IMG/VR virus record: IMGVR_UViG_3300017786_003484
Span: 180,433 to 244,432 of that record
Length of the DNA: 64,000 nt
Reading direction: 5' to 3' (one strand)
A program made the position numbers and the translations under genes. The notes beneath the pieces were generated by a model, which saw only the letters and a program-made list of their open reading frames with translations, had not been told where the DNA came from and searched no databases. Shown in pieces: positions 27,503-36,329 of this stretch; the first letter of the stretch is position 1; every line of letters begins with the position of its first letter.

Positions 27503-28275
27503 GGAAGAGCCAGTTCGCCTGTTCTATCTGCAATATATTTTGTACCATCTGCACCAACTAAATCGTTATGATATAAATGCCAATAAATATGTCTTCTAAG
27601 TCTTTTAGTAGAAACCCAATGTTGAACAGTATTAGTTCTAACTAAGTAGCAACCTTCCTGTGGTTGATTAAACGTAGTCATTTCTTCAGTTATGTGATTG
27701 CGAAACCACCATAAACTATTTTCATCGCCTTCTAAACAAATATGTACTCTCCACGGAGTATGTTGATCAACATGAGGAGTAAAGTTTTTAGCACCTACTC
27801 CTTGTAGGTTAGACATTCTTACTCTAAATCTATTTGGTATGGTAAAGTATTCTGAGATTGCTTTGCCTATATTATTAAGTTCAGAGTCTTGTTTAACACT
27901 TGAATGATGATGTACTAAGTCGCTTTCTTTAGCAATTTGTTCACCTTGTTCATCTAAAAAGTAAGCATCAACTTTTTCTCTAAATCGATAATCATGTATT
28001 CTTACATTCTCATTGGTGTTAACATCTATTCTACCTCTAGCATTATCAGTATTGCCAGGTATAACATGACCAGTATAGAAAGATTTTGCATCTAAACTAG
28101 TTCTTTCCTGTGTTGAAGTTACACATACATTATTCATAAATCTTCTAGGATCAGCTGAATTCACCCATCCTCCTCTATCTTTAGAATTTTCCAAGATAAA
28201 GTTTACTTCTTCTTTAAGTCTTTTATGATTATAAGGTATGTCTACCTTGTATATACAGTTACTTGCTAAAGGCAT
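27499..28275 (-). CDS. Asp-hydroxylase-like 2OG-Fe(II) dioxygenase
   Basis: PHVD..WRVHI, YLVRTNTVQH, R.HI. Confidence 0.7.
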   Translation of the reverse strand: MPLASNCIYKVDIPYNHKRLKEEVNFILENSKDRGGWVNSADPRRFMNNVCVTSTQERTSLDAKSFYTGHVIPGNTDNARGRIDVNTNENVRIHDYRFREKVDAYFLDEQGEQIAKESDLVHHHSSVKQDSELNNIGKAISEYFTIPNRFRVRMSNLQGVGAKNFTPHVDQHTPWRVHICLEGDENSLWWFRNHITEEMTTFNQPQEGCYLVRTNTVQHWVSTKRLRRHIYWHLYHNDLVGADGTKYIADRTGELALP

Positions 28276-28322
28276 ACTATTACTTATTTTAGAAAGACCG
28301 CAAAGTTTTCCAATAGTTTATT

Positions 28323-29159
28323 CTAGATTGTGATGCAATCTGCCTCGTGATAGATTTCTAATACATCAAATACAGCTGGATGTCGTTCGACATGTATAGG
28401 CTCGAATACGACACTAGCAATTCTACTCGCTTGGTTGTTTGATTGGGAAATTAAAATCATTCTTTCGGTGAAATCCTTTAACCCATTCTGCTCATACCCA
28501 CGGTCATGCTGGTCTAAGTCACCCGTTATAATAAACTTAGAGTTATTACCGATACGAGTGAGTAACATTTTCATTTGTTGTGGGGTAGCATTTTGCATCT
28601 CATCAGCGATTACAACGGAGTCTTCAAACGTTCGACCTCGCATATATGCTAATGGTGCAACTTCAATGGTGCCTTCTTGAATCATCGCCTCAATTTGTTT
28701 GGCGTTCCAGTACTGTCGGAAAACATCAAATACTGGTCGTGTCCAGGGTGCCATTTTTGACATGAGATCACCAGGTAAGAATCCATGCTGTTCATCTACT
28801 GATACAGCAGGCCTGGTGATTATAATACGTTCAACCTCTCCGGCTTTAAATTGCTTTACAGCCCATAAAGTAGCCAACAAAGTTTTACCAGTACCCGCAG
28901 GTCCTAGTGCAAAGATAATGTCTTTCCCGCTGTTTTCCAGTTTAGCCAGATAGTCTTCCTGTCGAAGATTCCGGGGGATGATCTCTACTTTTTGATGTTT
29001 TTGAGATTGTACGTCTTTATGATTGAATTGGTTCGTCAAATCAATCAGTTCGCCGCTTTTTCTTTGAGAGCGACGTCCCTTTTTGGTGCTTTTATTGCTT
29101 TGCTTGCGATAATTGTGGTTATTATCGTTATACAAAGCCTTTTTTTGCTTGTTCCTCAT
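28323..29159 (-). CDS. phoH: PhoH-family ATPase
   Basis: GPAGTGKT, ITRPAV, GFLPG, AYMRGRTF, DEMQN, LTRIG, TGD..Q.D; AAGGAG SD before ATG 29159. Confidence 0.95.
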   Translation of the reverse strand: MRNKQKKALYNDNNHNYRKQSNKSTKKGRRSQRKSGELIDLTNQFNHKDVQSQKHQKVEIIPRNLRQEDYLAKLENSGKDIIFALGPAGTGKTLLATLWAVKQFKAGEVERIIITRPAVSVDEQHGFLPGDLMSKMAPWTRPVFDVFRQYWNAKQIEAMIQEGTIEVAPLAYMRGRTFEDSVVIADEMQNATPQQMKMLLTRIGNNSKFIITGDLDQHDRGYEQNGLKDFTERMILISQSNNQASRIASVVFEPIHVERHPAVFDVLEIYHEADCITI

Positions 29160-29290
29160 AGTGCTCCTTTTCAAACTTAGAGTTTTTGTTATAAGAATAC
29201 TTGCATGGTAGACTTTGCGGTCCACTTTTATTTACACCAGAAGCGTCAAACGGTTGCGGTTATGGACTCAAAGCCATAAATAACAATACG

Positions 29291-29842
29291 ATGCCACATA
29301 TAAACAACATATACAAAAACATAGATTCTATTCATAATAGTCCTAATGTTATCGATACACTTATAGAAGTTGATAAGATACTTGATAGGTTAGACATTTA
29401 TGCATATGAGAATTGGTTTAACGGAGAAATAGTAGAAGGTCCTTTTGTTGAAAGACATTGGGTTGATGTTACTTTAATGTATCCGCAGAAGATGATGCCT
29501 AATCCAGATGCCGCTATGAGGTTAATTCAAAACGGCTGTAAAGTTAAGTATGGTAAAGATGTACTTGAAACATTTAAAAAAGTTGAAAGTGCTGATGACT
29601 TAATTGAAACTGAAGACGGACAACGTTTACCTAAAACAGTTAAACAGTCAGTTCATATAGTTAATATTAGAATCCCTAAGCAATTACTAGACGTTGTTGC
29701 AGATGTACAGGAGATTGATGATACTATGATGGATACTGTTGAACAAGCATACGAAGATGGTATGGGAGGTACAGACGGATTATCAAACAATGACCAAGGT
29801 ATGCAAGATGAACCTATTGCACCTGGAGGCGAAGATGCCTAA
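29291..29842 (+). CDS. conserved phage protein, possibly virion-associated
   Basis: TAAATA upstream; YENW..GE.V.GP...RHWV..MP.P motif; start moved to ATG 29291. Confidence 0.6.
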   Translation: MPHINNIYKNIDSIHNSPNVIDTLIEVDKILDRLDIYAYENWFNGEIVEGPFVERHWVDVTLMYPQKMMPNPDAAMRLIQNGCKVKYGKDVLETFKKVESADDLIETEDGQRLPKTVKQSVHIVNIRIPKQLLDVVADVQEIDDTMMDTVEQAYEDGMGGTDGLSNNDQGMQDEPIAPGGEDA

Positions 29843-30317
29843 GGCTTATACTTTAAGAGAAAACCTAAGACCAGGTGATTTAAAAGACTTAATTGATCCT
29901 TTGATTGCTATAGATAGGCATGTACCTAAACTAGGTACAAATGCAGATACTATTGTAATGGCAATTAAATGCGAAAGCAAGTTAAGTGCTCAAGATCTAG
30001 GAGAGTTCTTAGAGTGGAGCACCAACAATATTCTTGATGTTGAAGTAAGCGATGCAAGTGATAAACAAGGTAAGTTTATAGTTTATTGCGAAGTTACTAG
30101 GTTACCAGGAGTAACACAAAAACTATTTGATATTATCAAAGACTGCGAACATGTTACAGGTAAGTTAGAATGGAAGTTTCTTGGCATGGATGGATCAAGA
30201 CGTGACTTTACAATAGACAATCTTAACTTTTCTATAGTACAGGATCCTAAGATTTATGATCTTCCTGTTGATAGCAGAGCTTATTACCAACGTATGAAGA
30301 ACTTAACTAACTATTAG
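29835..30317 (+). CDS. conserved phage protein
   Basis: GGAGG SD before ATG 29835; LRENLR..DL start. Confidence 0.6.
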   Translation: MPKAYTLRENLRPGDLKDLIDPLIAIDRHVPKLGTNADTIVMAIKCESKLSAQDLGEFLEWSTNNILDVEVSDASDKQGKFIVYCEVTRLPGVTQKLFDIIKDCEHVTGKLEWKFLGMDGSRRDFTIDNLNFSIVQDPKIYDLPVDSRAYYQRMKNLTNY

Positions 30318-30328
30318 GAATTATTCAA

Positions 30329-30856
30329 ATGTGGGCAATGTGGATGTTAGACCTTTTACCAAATGGTTGGATTGATTTTATAATTGATTGTGCCATGTAT
30401 GGCGGAGCCGCATTAACTATTGCAGGTTTTGTTGTTGGTATCTTCCCTATAGTAGGAAAATACAAAACATTATTATTAGTAATTGGCATTGCCTTGCTTA
30501 CAACTGGTGTCTACTTTAAAGGTGGACATGCAGAAAGAAAGTTATGGCAAGCTCGTGTTGCTGAAATGGAAAAGAAGTATGAGAAGTCATTAGAAGAAGC
30601 AAGAAAACAAAACACTATAATTGATAAGAACATTACAAAAAAAGAAGATAATATAGATAAAGAAACAAAAGTCATAGTAAAGGAAGTTATAAAATATATA
30701 ACTCCAACTGTAGATGAGTCATGTAAAATACCGTTAGAAGCGGTAGAGCTGTTTAATAAAGCGGCCAAAGGATCAGGAGAGACAAGTGAAGATACGAGTG
30801 CCATTGATAAAATTAAAACCAAAACCAAACGTATACTTGGCGGCAATCCTAAGTAG
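30329..30856 (+). CDS. Rz-like inner-membrane spanin
   Basis: N-terminal TMs, coiled coil, single C-terminal Cys; overlaps a lipoprotein gene. Confidence 0.65.
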   Translation: MWAMWMLDLLPNGWIDFIIDCAMYGGAALTIAGFVVGIFPIVGKYKTLLLVIGIALLTTGVYFKGGHAERKLWQARVAEMEKKYEKSLEEARKQNTIIDKNITKKEDNIDKETKVIVKEVIKYITPTVDESCKIPLEAVELFNKAAKGSGETSEDTSAIDKIKTKTKRILGGNPK

Positions 30857-31112
30857 TATCTTGTTAACAGGTTGCGGATCAACAACAGTGGTTCTTAAAC
30901 GTGACTTCCCTGAATTACCACCCACCTTAGTAGAAAAAGCAAAAGAAGATCTAGCACCATTGAGTGCAACAAATCCTAAACTAAGTACCTTAATGGAAAA
31001 TAGTATCAGTAACATGGGAGAATACCATAAGTTACTAGAAAGATATAAAGCATTCCAAGAATGGTACACAACACAGAAAAAGATATTTGATGAGGCAGAA
31101 AAAAACTATTAA
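30786..31112 (+). CDS. Rz1-like outer-membrane lipoprotein spanin
   Basis: Lipobox LLTGC, Pro-rich FPELPP; overlaps Rz-like gene in another frame. Confidence 0.65.
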   Translation: MKIRVPLIKLKPKPNVYLAAILSSILLTGCGSTTVVLKRDFPELPPTLVEKAKEDLAPLSATNPKLSTLMENSISNMGEYHKLLERYKAFQEWYTTQKKIFDEAEKNY

Positions 31113-31443
31113 GTTAGTTCTCATATTTTCACTACTACCCTTGTTGTCAGGTTGTGGGTCTGTTGCTGGAGCCCTGGGTGCTTCTCCTTTGACAACTCAA
31201 GTTCTAAATGCTATTGGCTGGACTACAACTGCTATTGATGTTCCTCGAGTAATTAATGACAAAAAGACAATTAACGAAGAAATACTAAGCGAACTAATTG
31301 ATAAAGATTGTAAGTTTAAACGAGTGTTAAAAGATAAAGCAATTTGCATAGAAAAAGTAAAAGAGAAGTATAAAGAAGACTTAGCCAAGCCTACCAAAGA
31401 TAGAGGCTCAGAGATACAATGGGATATTGAAGTCCATAAATAA
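31087..31443 (+). CDS. lipoprotein
   Basis: Lipobox LLSGC. Confidence 0.7.
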   Translation: MMRQKKTIKLVLIFSLLPLLSGCGSVAGALGASPLTTQVLNAIGWTTTAIDVPRVINDKKTINEEILSELIDKDCKFKRVLKDKAICIEKVKEKYKEDLAKPTKDRGSEIQWDIEVHK

Positions 31444-31470
31444 ACCGAGCGGTTAATAAGGAGAGTTCTA

Positions 31471-31614
31471 ATGGCTAAAACAATAAATGCAAATACAAAT
31501 CATGTAAGCATACCAAAGAAGACAAGCATTGGTAGAGGAAAGTTATCTAAAGGTATGATGAATAAGTCTAAGCGAAGAACTTATAAAGCATACAGAGGAC
31601 AAGGTAAGGCCTAA
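31471..31614 (+). CDS. 47 aa basic protein (not in ORF track)
   Basis: MAKTINANTNHVSIPKKTSIGRGKLSKGMMNKSKRRTYKAYRGQGKA; TAAATA and TAAGGAG upstream. Confidence 0.8.
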   Translation: MAKTINANTNHVSIPKKTSIGRGKLSKGMMNKSKRRTYKAYRGQGKA

Positions 31615-31645
31615 ACACTAAGGTCAAAATCAGTTAAGTAACAGT

Positions 31646-32467
31646 ATGCAGAGTCCTTATGACATACTAGGTGTTACCAGAAATACTACTGAAGATAATA
31701 TTAAGAAGGCATATCGAGAACTAGCTCATAAGCACCACCCGGATAAACCTGGTGGCAGTACTGAAAAGTTCAAACAAATAAATGCCGCTTATCATTCTAT
31801 TATCTCTGGTAAAGCAGATGACCCACCACCTTTTACAAGTAGCAATAGAGGCAACCCTTTTGAGGACTTTAATGATATTTTCAGGTCTCACTTTAAGAAC
31901 GGGTTTGATAATAGACAACAACAACCAGAGTCTGAATATAAGAATCCAGACTTTACTATACAAACTAATTGCACATTAGAAGAAGCACATAACGGATTTA
32001 AAAGACATTTAAGTTATGTATTGCCTGGCCGAATGGGAGGACAGACATTCCGAGATATACAATTTCCAAATGGTTCATACCATGGATTAAAATTACGTTT
32101 TAATAATGACGGACCTCGTATTATTGAAAATATAGCACCAGGAGATTTGTTTGTTGAACTAAAAGTTGATGACCATAAAATTTGGAAACCAAATTGGAAA
32201 GAGCAATCGTTAACTTCAAATGTAAAAGTTTCTTTAAAAGATGCAATGTTTGGAGCAACCAAACAGATTGAAGATATAGACGGAACTAAATTAGAGTACA
32301 TGGTACCAGCAGGATCACAGCATGGTTCTAAGTTAAGAATAAGAGAAAAAGGCTTACTTAGATTTAAAAAGCCGGTGAGAGGACATGCATTTATAGTGTT
32401 AAATATTAGCATACCAAAGTTAAAAGAAAGTCAATTGGAAGAGAAGATAGTTGACGTATTGAAGTAA
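31646..32467 (+). CDS. dnaJ: DnaJ/CbpA-type J-domain chaperone
   Basis: PYDILGV, KKAYR.LA.KHHPD, PGDL.V, C-terminal domain; no Zn finger. Confidence 0.9.
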   Translation: MQSPYDILGVTRNTTEDNIKKAYRELAHKHHPDKPGGSTEKFKQINAAYHSIISGKADDPPPFTSSNRGNPFEDFNDIFRSHFKNGFDNRQQQPESEYKNPDFTIQTNCTLEEAHNGFKRHLSYVLPGRMGGQTFRDIQFPNGSYHGLKLRFNNDGPRIIENIAPGDLFVELKVDDHKIWKPNWKEQSLTSNVKVSLKDAMFGATKQIEDIDGTKLEYMVPAGSQHGSKLRIREKGLLRFKKPVRGHAFIVLNISIPKLKESQLEEKIVDVLK

Positions 32468-32479
32468 AGAAAGTATAAT
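32451..32479 (+). promoter_or_regulatory. sigma70 promoter giving a probable leaderless def mRNA
   Basis: TTGACG-N17-TATAAT; ATG begins 7 nt after the -10 box. Confidence 0.7.
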
Positions 32480-32485
32480 AAAAAA

Positions 32486-32986
32486 ATGAATGATACATTA
32501 GCATTAGTACCAGAAGATCACCCGATACTCACAACAGCCGTGCCTGTTGTTGATAATCCTAAATATGTTGAGATGCTGTCAAAAGGTATGTTTCAACTTA
32601 TGTGGCAATATGATGGTATTGGATTGGCGGCTACTCAGGTTGGTATGTTTTTAAGAATGTTTATAATGGGTCCTAAGCAAGGCCCACATTATGTTTGTAT
32701 TAATCCTGAAATAGTAGCAGTCTCGGAAGAATCTATTTTAGATATTGAAGGGTGTTTAACATTCCGTGATCTATGGTTAAATATTAGTAGACCCAAATGG
32801 GTAGATGCTAGGTATCAAACATTAGATGGATCTATTGTTGAAAAGAGATTTGAAGGTTTAATGGCTAGGTGTTATTTACATGAGCTTGATCATTTAAATG
32901 GCATAGTTTTTACAAGTATAGTTTCAAAGTTAAAACTAGAGATGGCAAAGAAGAAAAGAAAAAAAAGAATAGGAGAGACTAAATGA
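32486..32986 (+). CDS. def: peptide deformylase
   Basis: GIGLAATQVG, EGCLT, HELDHLNG. Confidence 0.95.
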   Translation: MNDTLALVPEDHPILTTAVPVVDNPKYVEMLSKGMFQLMWQYDGIGLAATQVGMFLRMFIMGPKQGPHYVCINPEIVAVSEESILDIEGCLTFRDLWLNISRPKWVDARYQTLDGSIVEKRFEGLMARCYLHELDHLNGIVFTSIVSKLKLEMAKKKRKKRIGETK

Positions 32987-35196
32987 GCGAACAACCTGAT
33001 TCAAACAATCGTATTAACGAAGTAATTGCAAGGGCATTCCAAGAAGCAATATCAAGAGAGCATGAATATGTTACGTTAGAACATATACTACAAGTGATGC
33101 TTGATGAAGATGACATTAGAGATATACTTTCTGATTTACATGCCAATGTGATGTTATTAAAAGATGATGTATCAGACTGGTTAAGAGAACAAGAAGAAAT
33201 CCGTGTTGACGGAATGACAAAGCCTAGAAAAACTGCTTCTATTGAAAGAGCTTTTAATAGAGCCTACACTCAAGCAATTTTCACAGGTAGAGGACACATG
33301 GAGCCTTTAGATTTGCTTATCTCTATTACTGCTGAAAAATCAAGCTATGCAAACTATTTCTTAATGAAGCATGGTATTAGTAAAGATATGCTTCTTGCTT
33401 ATATTACTAGAATCAAAGACGGTAGAAGCAAAGAAAGTAAAGCACAGAAGAAAAGAGATAGTGAAAAGATATTAAAAAAGTTTACTACTAACTTAATTAA
33501 ATCTGCTAAAGAAGAACTTATTGATCCTCTAATAGGCAGAGAGCAAGAAGTATTCTATCTTGCCAAAACATTAAGTCGTAAAAAGAAAAACAATGTTATT
33601 ATGGTTGGTGATCCAGGCGTAGGTAAAACTGCTATTGTTGAAGGACTAGCCGTTGCTATTGAAAAGGATTTAGTACCAGAGATTCTAAAAGGCAAAACTA
33701 TCTATAGTTTAGATATGGGAAGGCTACTAGCAGGAACTAGATTCAGAGGAGACTTTGAAGAACGTATGCAACAGGTGCTTGAAGCATTAGAAGATAGACA
33801 AGATGCTATCTTGTTTATTGATGAAATACACATGATTATGGGTGCTGGTAGTGCTGGCGGTGGTAGCATGGATGTGGCAAATATGTTAAAGCCAGCCTTA
33901 GAAAAAGGCAAACTAAGATGTGTTGGTAGCACAACGTACGAAGAGTTTAGAGAGAATTTCGAATCTGACAGAGCATTACTAAGACGTTTTACTAAAGTAG
34001 ATATTGTAGAGCCAACTGCAGAAGAAACAAAGTTAATGTTAAGACAAGTTATTCCGTTGTACAGTAAGTATCACAACATAGGATGCAATGAAACAGTTAT
34101 TGATACAGCCGTAGATTTATCAATGAAGTTTATGTTAGATAAGAAACTTCCTGATAAAGCTATTGACATCTTAGATGCTGGTATGGCTAGAATAAAAGTA
34201 CAGGCTAATGATGAAAAAGAAATGACATTAGATCATATTAGACAAGAAATCTCAGACTTAACTCGTATACCAATTGAACAGTTAGGTGAACATAAAGATG
34301 TGGCTGTTAACGATTTAGAAAGTATCATGAGAACACAAGTTTTTGGACAAGACGAAGCTATTGATACTATAATGAATGCTGTTTATATTGCAAACTCAGG
34401 GCTTAAAGAAGTTGACAGACCAATGGGGAATTTTCTCTTTGTAGGACCAACAGGTACTGGTAAAACAGAATTATGTTTACAACTTGCAGAAGGAATGGGC
34501 ATGGAACTAGTTAGGTTTGATATGAGCGAGTATAAAGAAGCACATAAGATATCAGCTTTAATTGGATCACCTCCTGGTTACGTTGGTTATGCTGAAGGTA
34601 AAGCAGGATCAGGTAAACTTGTTAACGAATTAGAACGTGTACCTAATTGTGTATTGCTGTTTGATGAGATTGAAAAAGCCCATCCAGATGTTATTCAAGT
34701 ATTACTTGGCTTAATGGATAGTGGACTTATTACAGGATCAGATAACAAACAAGTATCAGGTCGTAATGCATTTGTTATTATGACTTCTAACCTTGGTGCT
34801 AGAGATTCTGAAAAATCTATGATTGGATTTGGAGATACCAAAAATGATTCAGCAACTGATACAGCAGTCAAAAACTTCTTTGCTCCAGAGTTTAGAAACA
34901 GACTTGATTCTGTTGTTAAGTTTAATAGATTAGATAAAACTATTGTTCGAAGGATTGCTGATAAGTTTATGACTCAGATCAGAATACAAATGAAAGAGAA
35001 TGGAAACAATCTAATTTATACTGACAAGGTTCTTGATTATATTGCTTCAGAAGGATTCAGTGATACAATGGGTGCCAGACCTATGAAGAGATTAATCGAT
35101 AAAGAAATTAAGTTAGACATTGCAAAATCAATTATTAAAACTAAGAAAAAAGATCATACAGTTGACGTTTTAAATGGAAGATTAATGGTAAAATAA
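32983..35196 (+). CDS. clpA: ATP-dependent Clp protease ATPase subunit ClpA
   Basis: Clp N-domain, GDPGVGKT and GPTGTGKT Walker A motifs, RFDMSEY, IGF loop, no M-domain. Confidence 0.93.
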   Translation: MSEQPDSNNRINEVIARAFQEAISREHEYVTLEHILQVMLDEDDIRDILSDLHANVMLLKDDVSDWLREQEEIRVDGMTKPRKTASIERAFNRAYTQAIFTGRGHMEPLDLLISITAEKSSYANYFLMKHGISKDMLLAYITRIKDGRSKESKAQKKRDSEKILKKFTTNLIKSAKEELIDPLIGREQEVFYLAKTLSRKKKNNVIMVGDPGVGKTAIVEGLAVAIEKDLVPEILKGKTIYSLDMGRLLAGTRFRGDFEERMQQVLEALEDRQDAILFIDEIHMIMGAGSAGGGSMDVANMLKPALEKGKLRCVGSTTYEEFRENFESDRALLRRFTKVDIVEPTAEETKLMLRQVIPLYSKYHNIGCNETVIDTAVDLSMKFMLDKKLPDKAIDILDAGMARIKVQANDEKEMTLDHIRQEISDLTRIPIEQLGEHKDVAVNDLESIMRTQVFGQDEAIDTIMNAVYIANSGLKEVDRPMGNFLFVGPTGTGKTELCLQLAEGMGMELVRFDMSEYKEAHKISALIGSPPGYVGYAEGKAGSGKLVNELERVPNCVLLFDEIEKAHPDVIQVLLGLMDSGLITGSDNKQVSGRNAFVIMTSNLGARDSEKSMIGFGDTKNDSATDTAVKNFFAPEFRNRLDSVVKFNRLDKTIVRRIADKFMTQIRIQMKENGNNLIYTDKVLDYIASEGFSDTMGARPMKRLIDKEIKLDIAKSIIKTKKKDHTVDVLNGRLMVK

Positions 35197-35850
35197 ATGT
35201 ATACTAAGAAGAAAACACAAAGACTTTTCTATAAAAAATGGCCATATAAGGTATTAATTAAAGTTGATCATGCGGAGAATATAAAAAGAGCTGATGGTCT
35301 TGAATTATTAACAGCATACTCTCCTCGTATGACAAAGGATAGAGAAGAGACATATCAATTTAAATCTAAGTTCAAAAGATGGTTTAAAAGACATATACCT
35401 AACGGCGGTATACGTTGCGAAAGAACTATAAGTTTGTTTTTGTATACACAGAAAGAAGTTGATTTTATTGTAGACACATGGAAGCATAACATTGAAGAAG
35501 TATATGCCCCTGAATCAGAAGAAGCAATGACATTACTCCAAGACAATGTATACGATATTGTTAGAGAACATGATTGGTATAGAAAGTATCCAGTAAGGGC
35601 TAGAATACTTTATACCAGAGAATTTGCATCTAATGGCAGACAAGCATTAGAGGAATCTTTAAAACAAATTGAACAAGATGACTGGCATTGTCAGGGTACG
35701 TTAATGAGTGCATTAGAAAGCGGTGGAAATTTACCGTATGCTTGTGGACAGCCTTACTATCTTTACTTAAAATCAAACGATGATGCTGTTATTCTACGTT
35801 TAACTTGTGGTGATTACATAGAAAGATTTGAAAGAATCCGTAAACCCTAA
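35197..35850 (+). CDS. hypothetical protein
   Basis: Coupled to clpA; T.RLFY.KWPYKV start. Confidence 0.7.
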   Translation: MYTKKKTQRLFYKKWPYKVLIKVDHAENIKRADGLELLTAYSPRMTKDREETYQFKSKFKRWFKRHIPNGGIRCERTISLFLYTQKEVDFIVDTWKHNIEEVYAPESEEAMTLLQDNVYDIVREHDWYRKYPVRARILYTREFASNGRQALEESLKQIEQDDWHCQGTLMSALESGGNLPYACGQPYYLYLKSNDDAVILRLTCGDYIERFERIRKP

Positions 35851-35945
35851 ATCTACATACTCAATTATAAGGCCCTACTTCGCTAAATACTGTGGAAGAT
35901 TATCCAGTATGGATATGTAATCTACCGGCATAAGGAGCATTAAAA

Positions 35946-36320
35946 ATGAGTATGAGAACCACAAATATGTTAGTTGGAAACGGTGACTTAGATCAAGTTG
36001 GCCTACCAGCAAGGGCAGATGGCTATTATGGTTATGCTGACGGTTTGCATACTGTGGCTTTTTACTTAAAATTATTCATAGGTAGAATACACATTGATGC
36101 AACAGTCGCAGACAATCCAACAGAAGATGATTGGTTTCCGATTGCATTAGGCCCAACATTAGATCATATTGATTTTGAAGATCAGGACGGAACAACAAAA
36201 ATTGAAACTTTTAATGTTATTGGTAATTTTGTTTTCCTAAGAGCTAGAATTGAGAGAGCTTTCTTAGGCAGAGATGTCTCAGAGTTAGGCAAAGTTGATA
36301 GAGTAGTATTAAGTTTATAA
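35946..36320 (+). CDS. virion structural protein (putative)
   Basis: First gene after TAAATA 35884-35889; GYYGYADGLHTV; beta-rich. Confidence 0.6.
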   Translation: MSMRTTNMLVGNGDLDQVGLPARADGYYGYADGLHTVAFYLKLFIGRIHIDATVADNPTEDDWFPIALGPTLDHIDFEDQDGTTKIETFNVIGNFVFLRARIERAFLGRDVSELGKVDRVVLSL

Positions 36321-36329
36321 GGAGAGACA

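Noticed and set aside
29201-29290. Overlapping divergent 5' extensions of phoH and the 29201 ORF
   Set aside because: Better starts at 29159(-) and 29291(+) leave an ordinary divergent promoter region
22206-35850. Similar C-terminal DA-x-I-x-R-L motif in ORFs 22206 and 35197
   Set aside because: Too short to establish homology without a profile search
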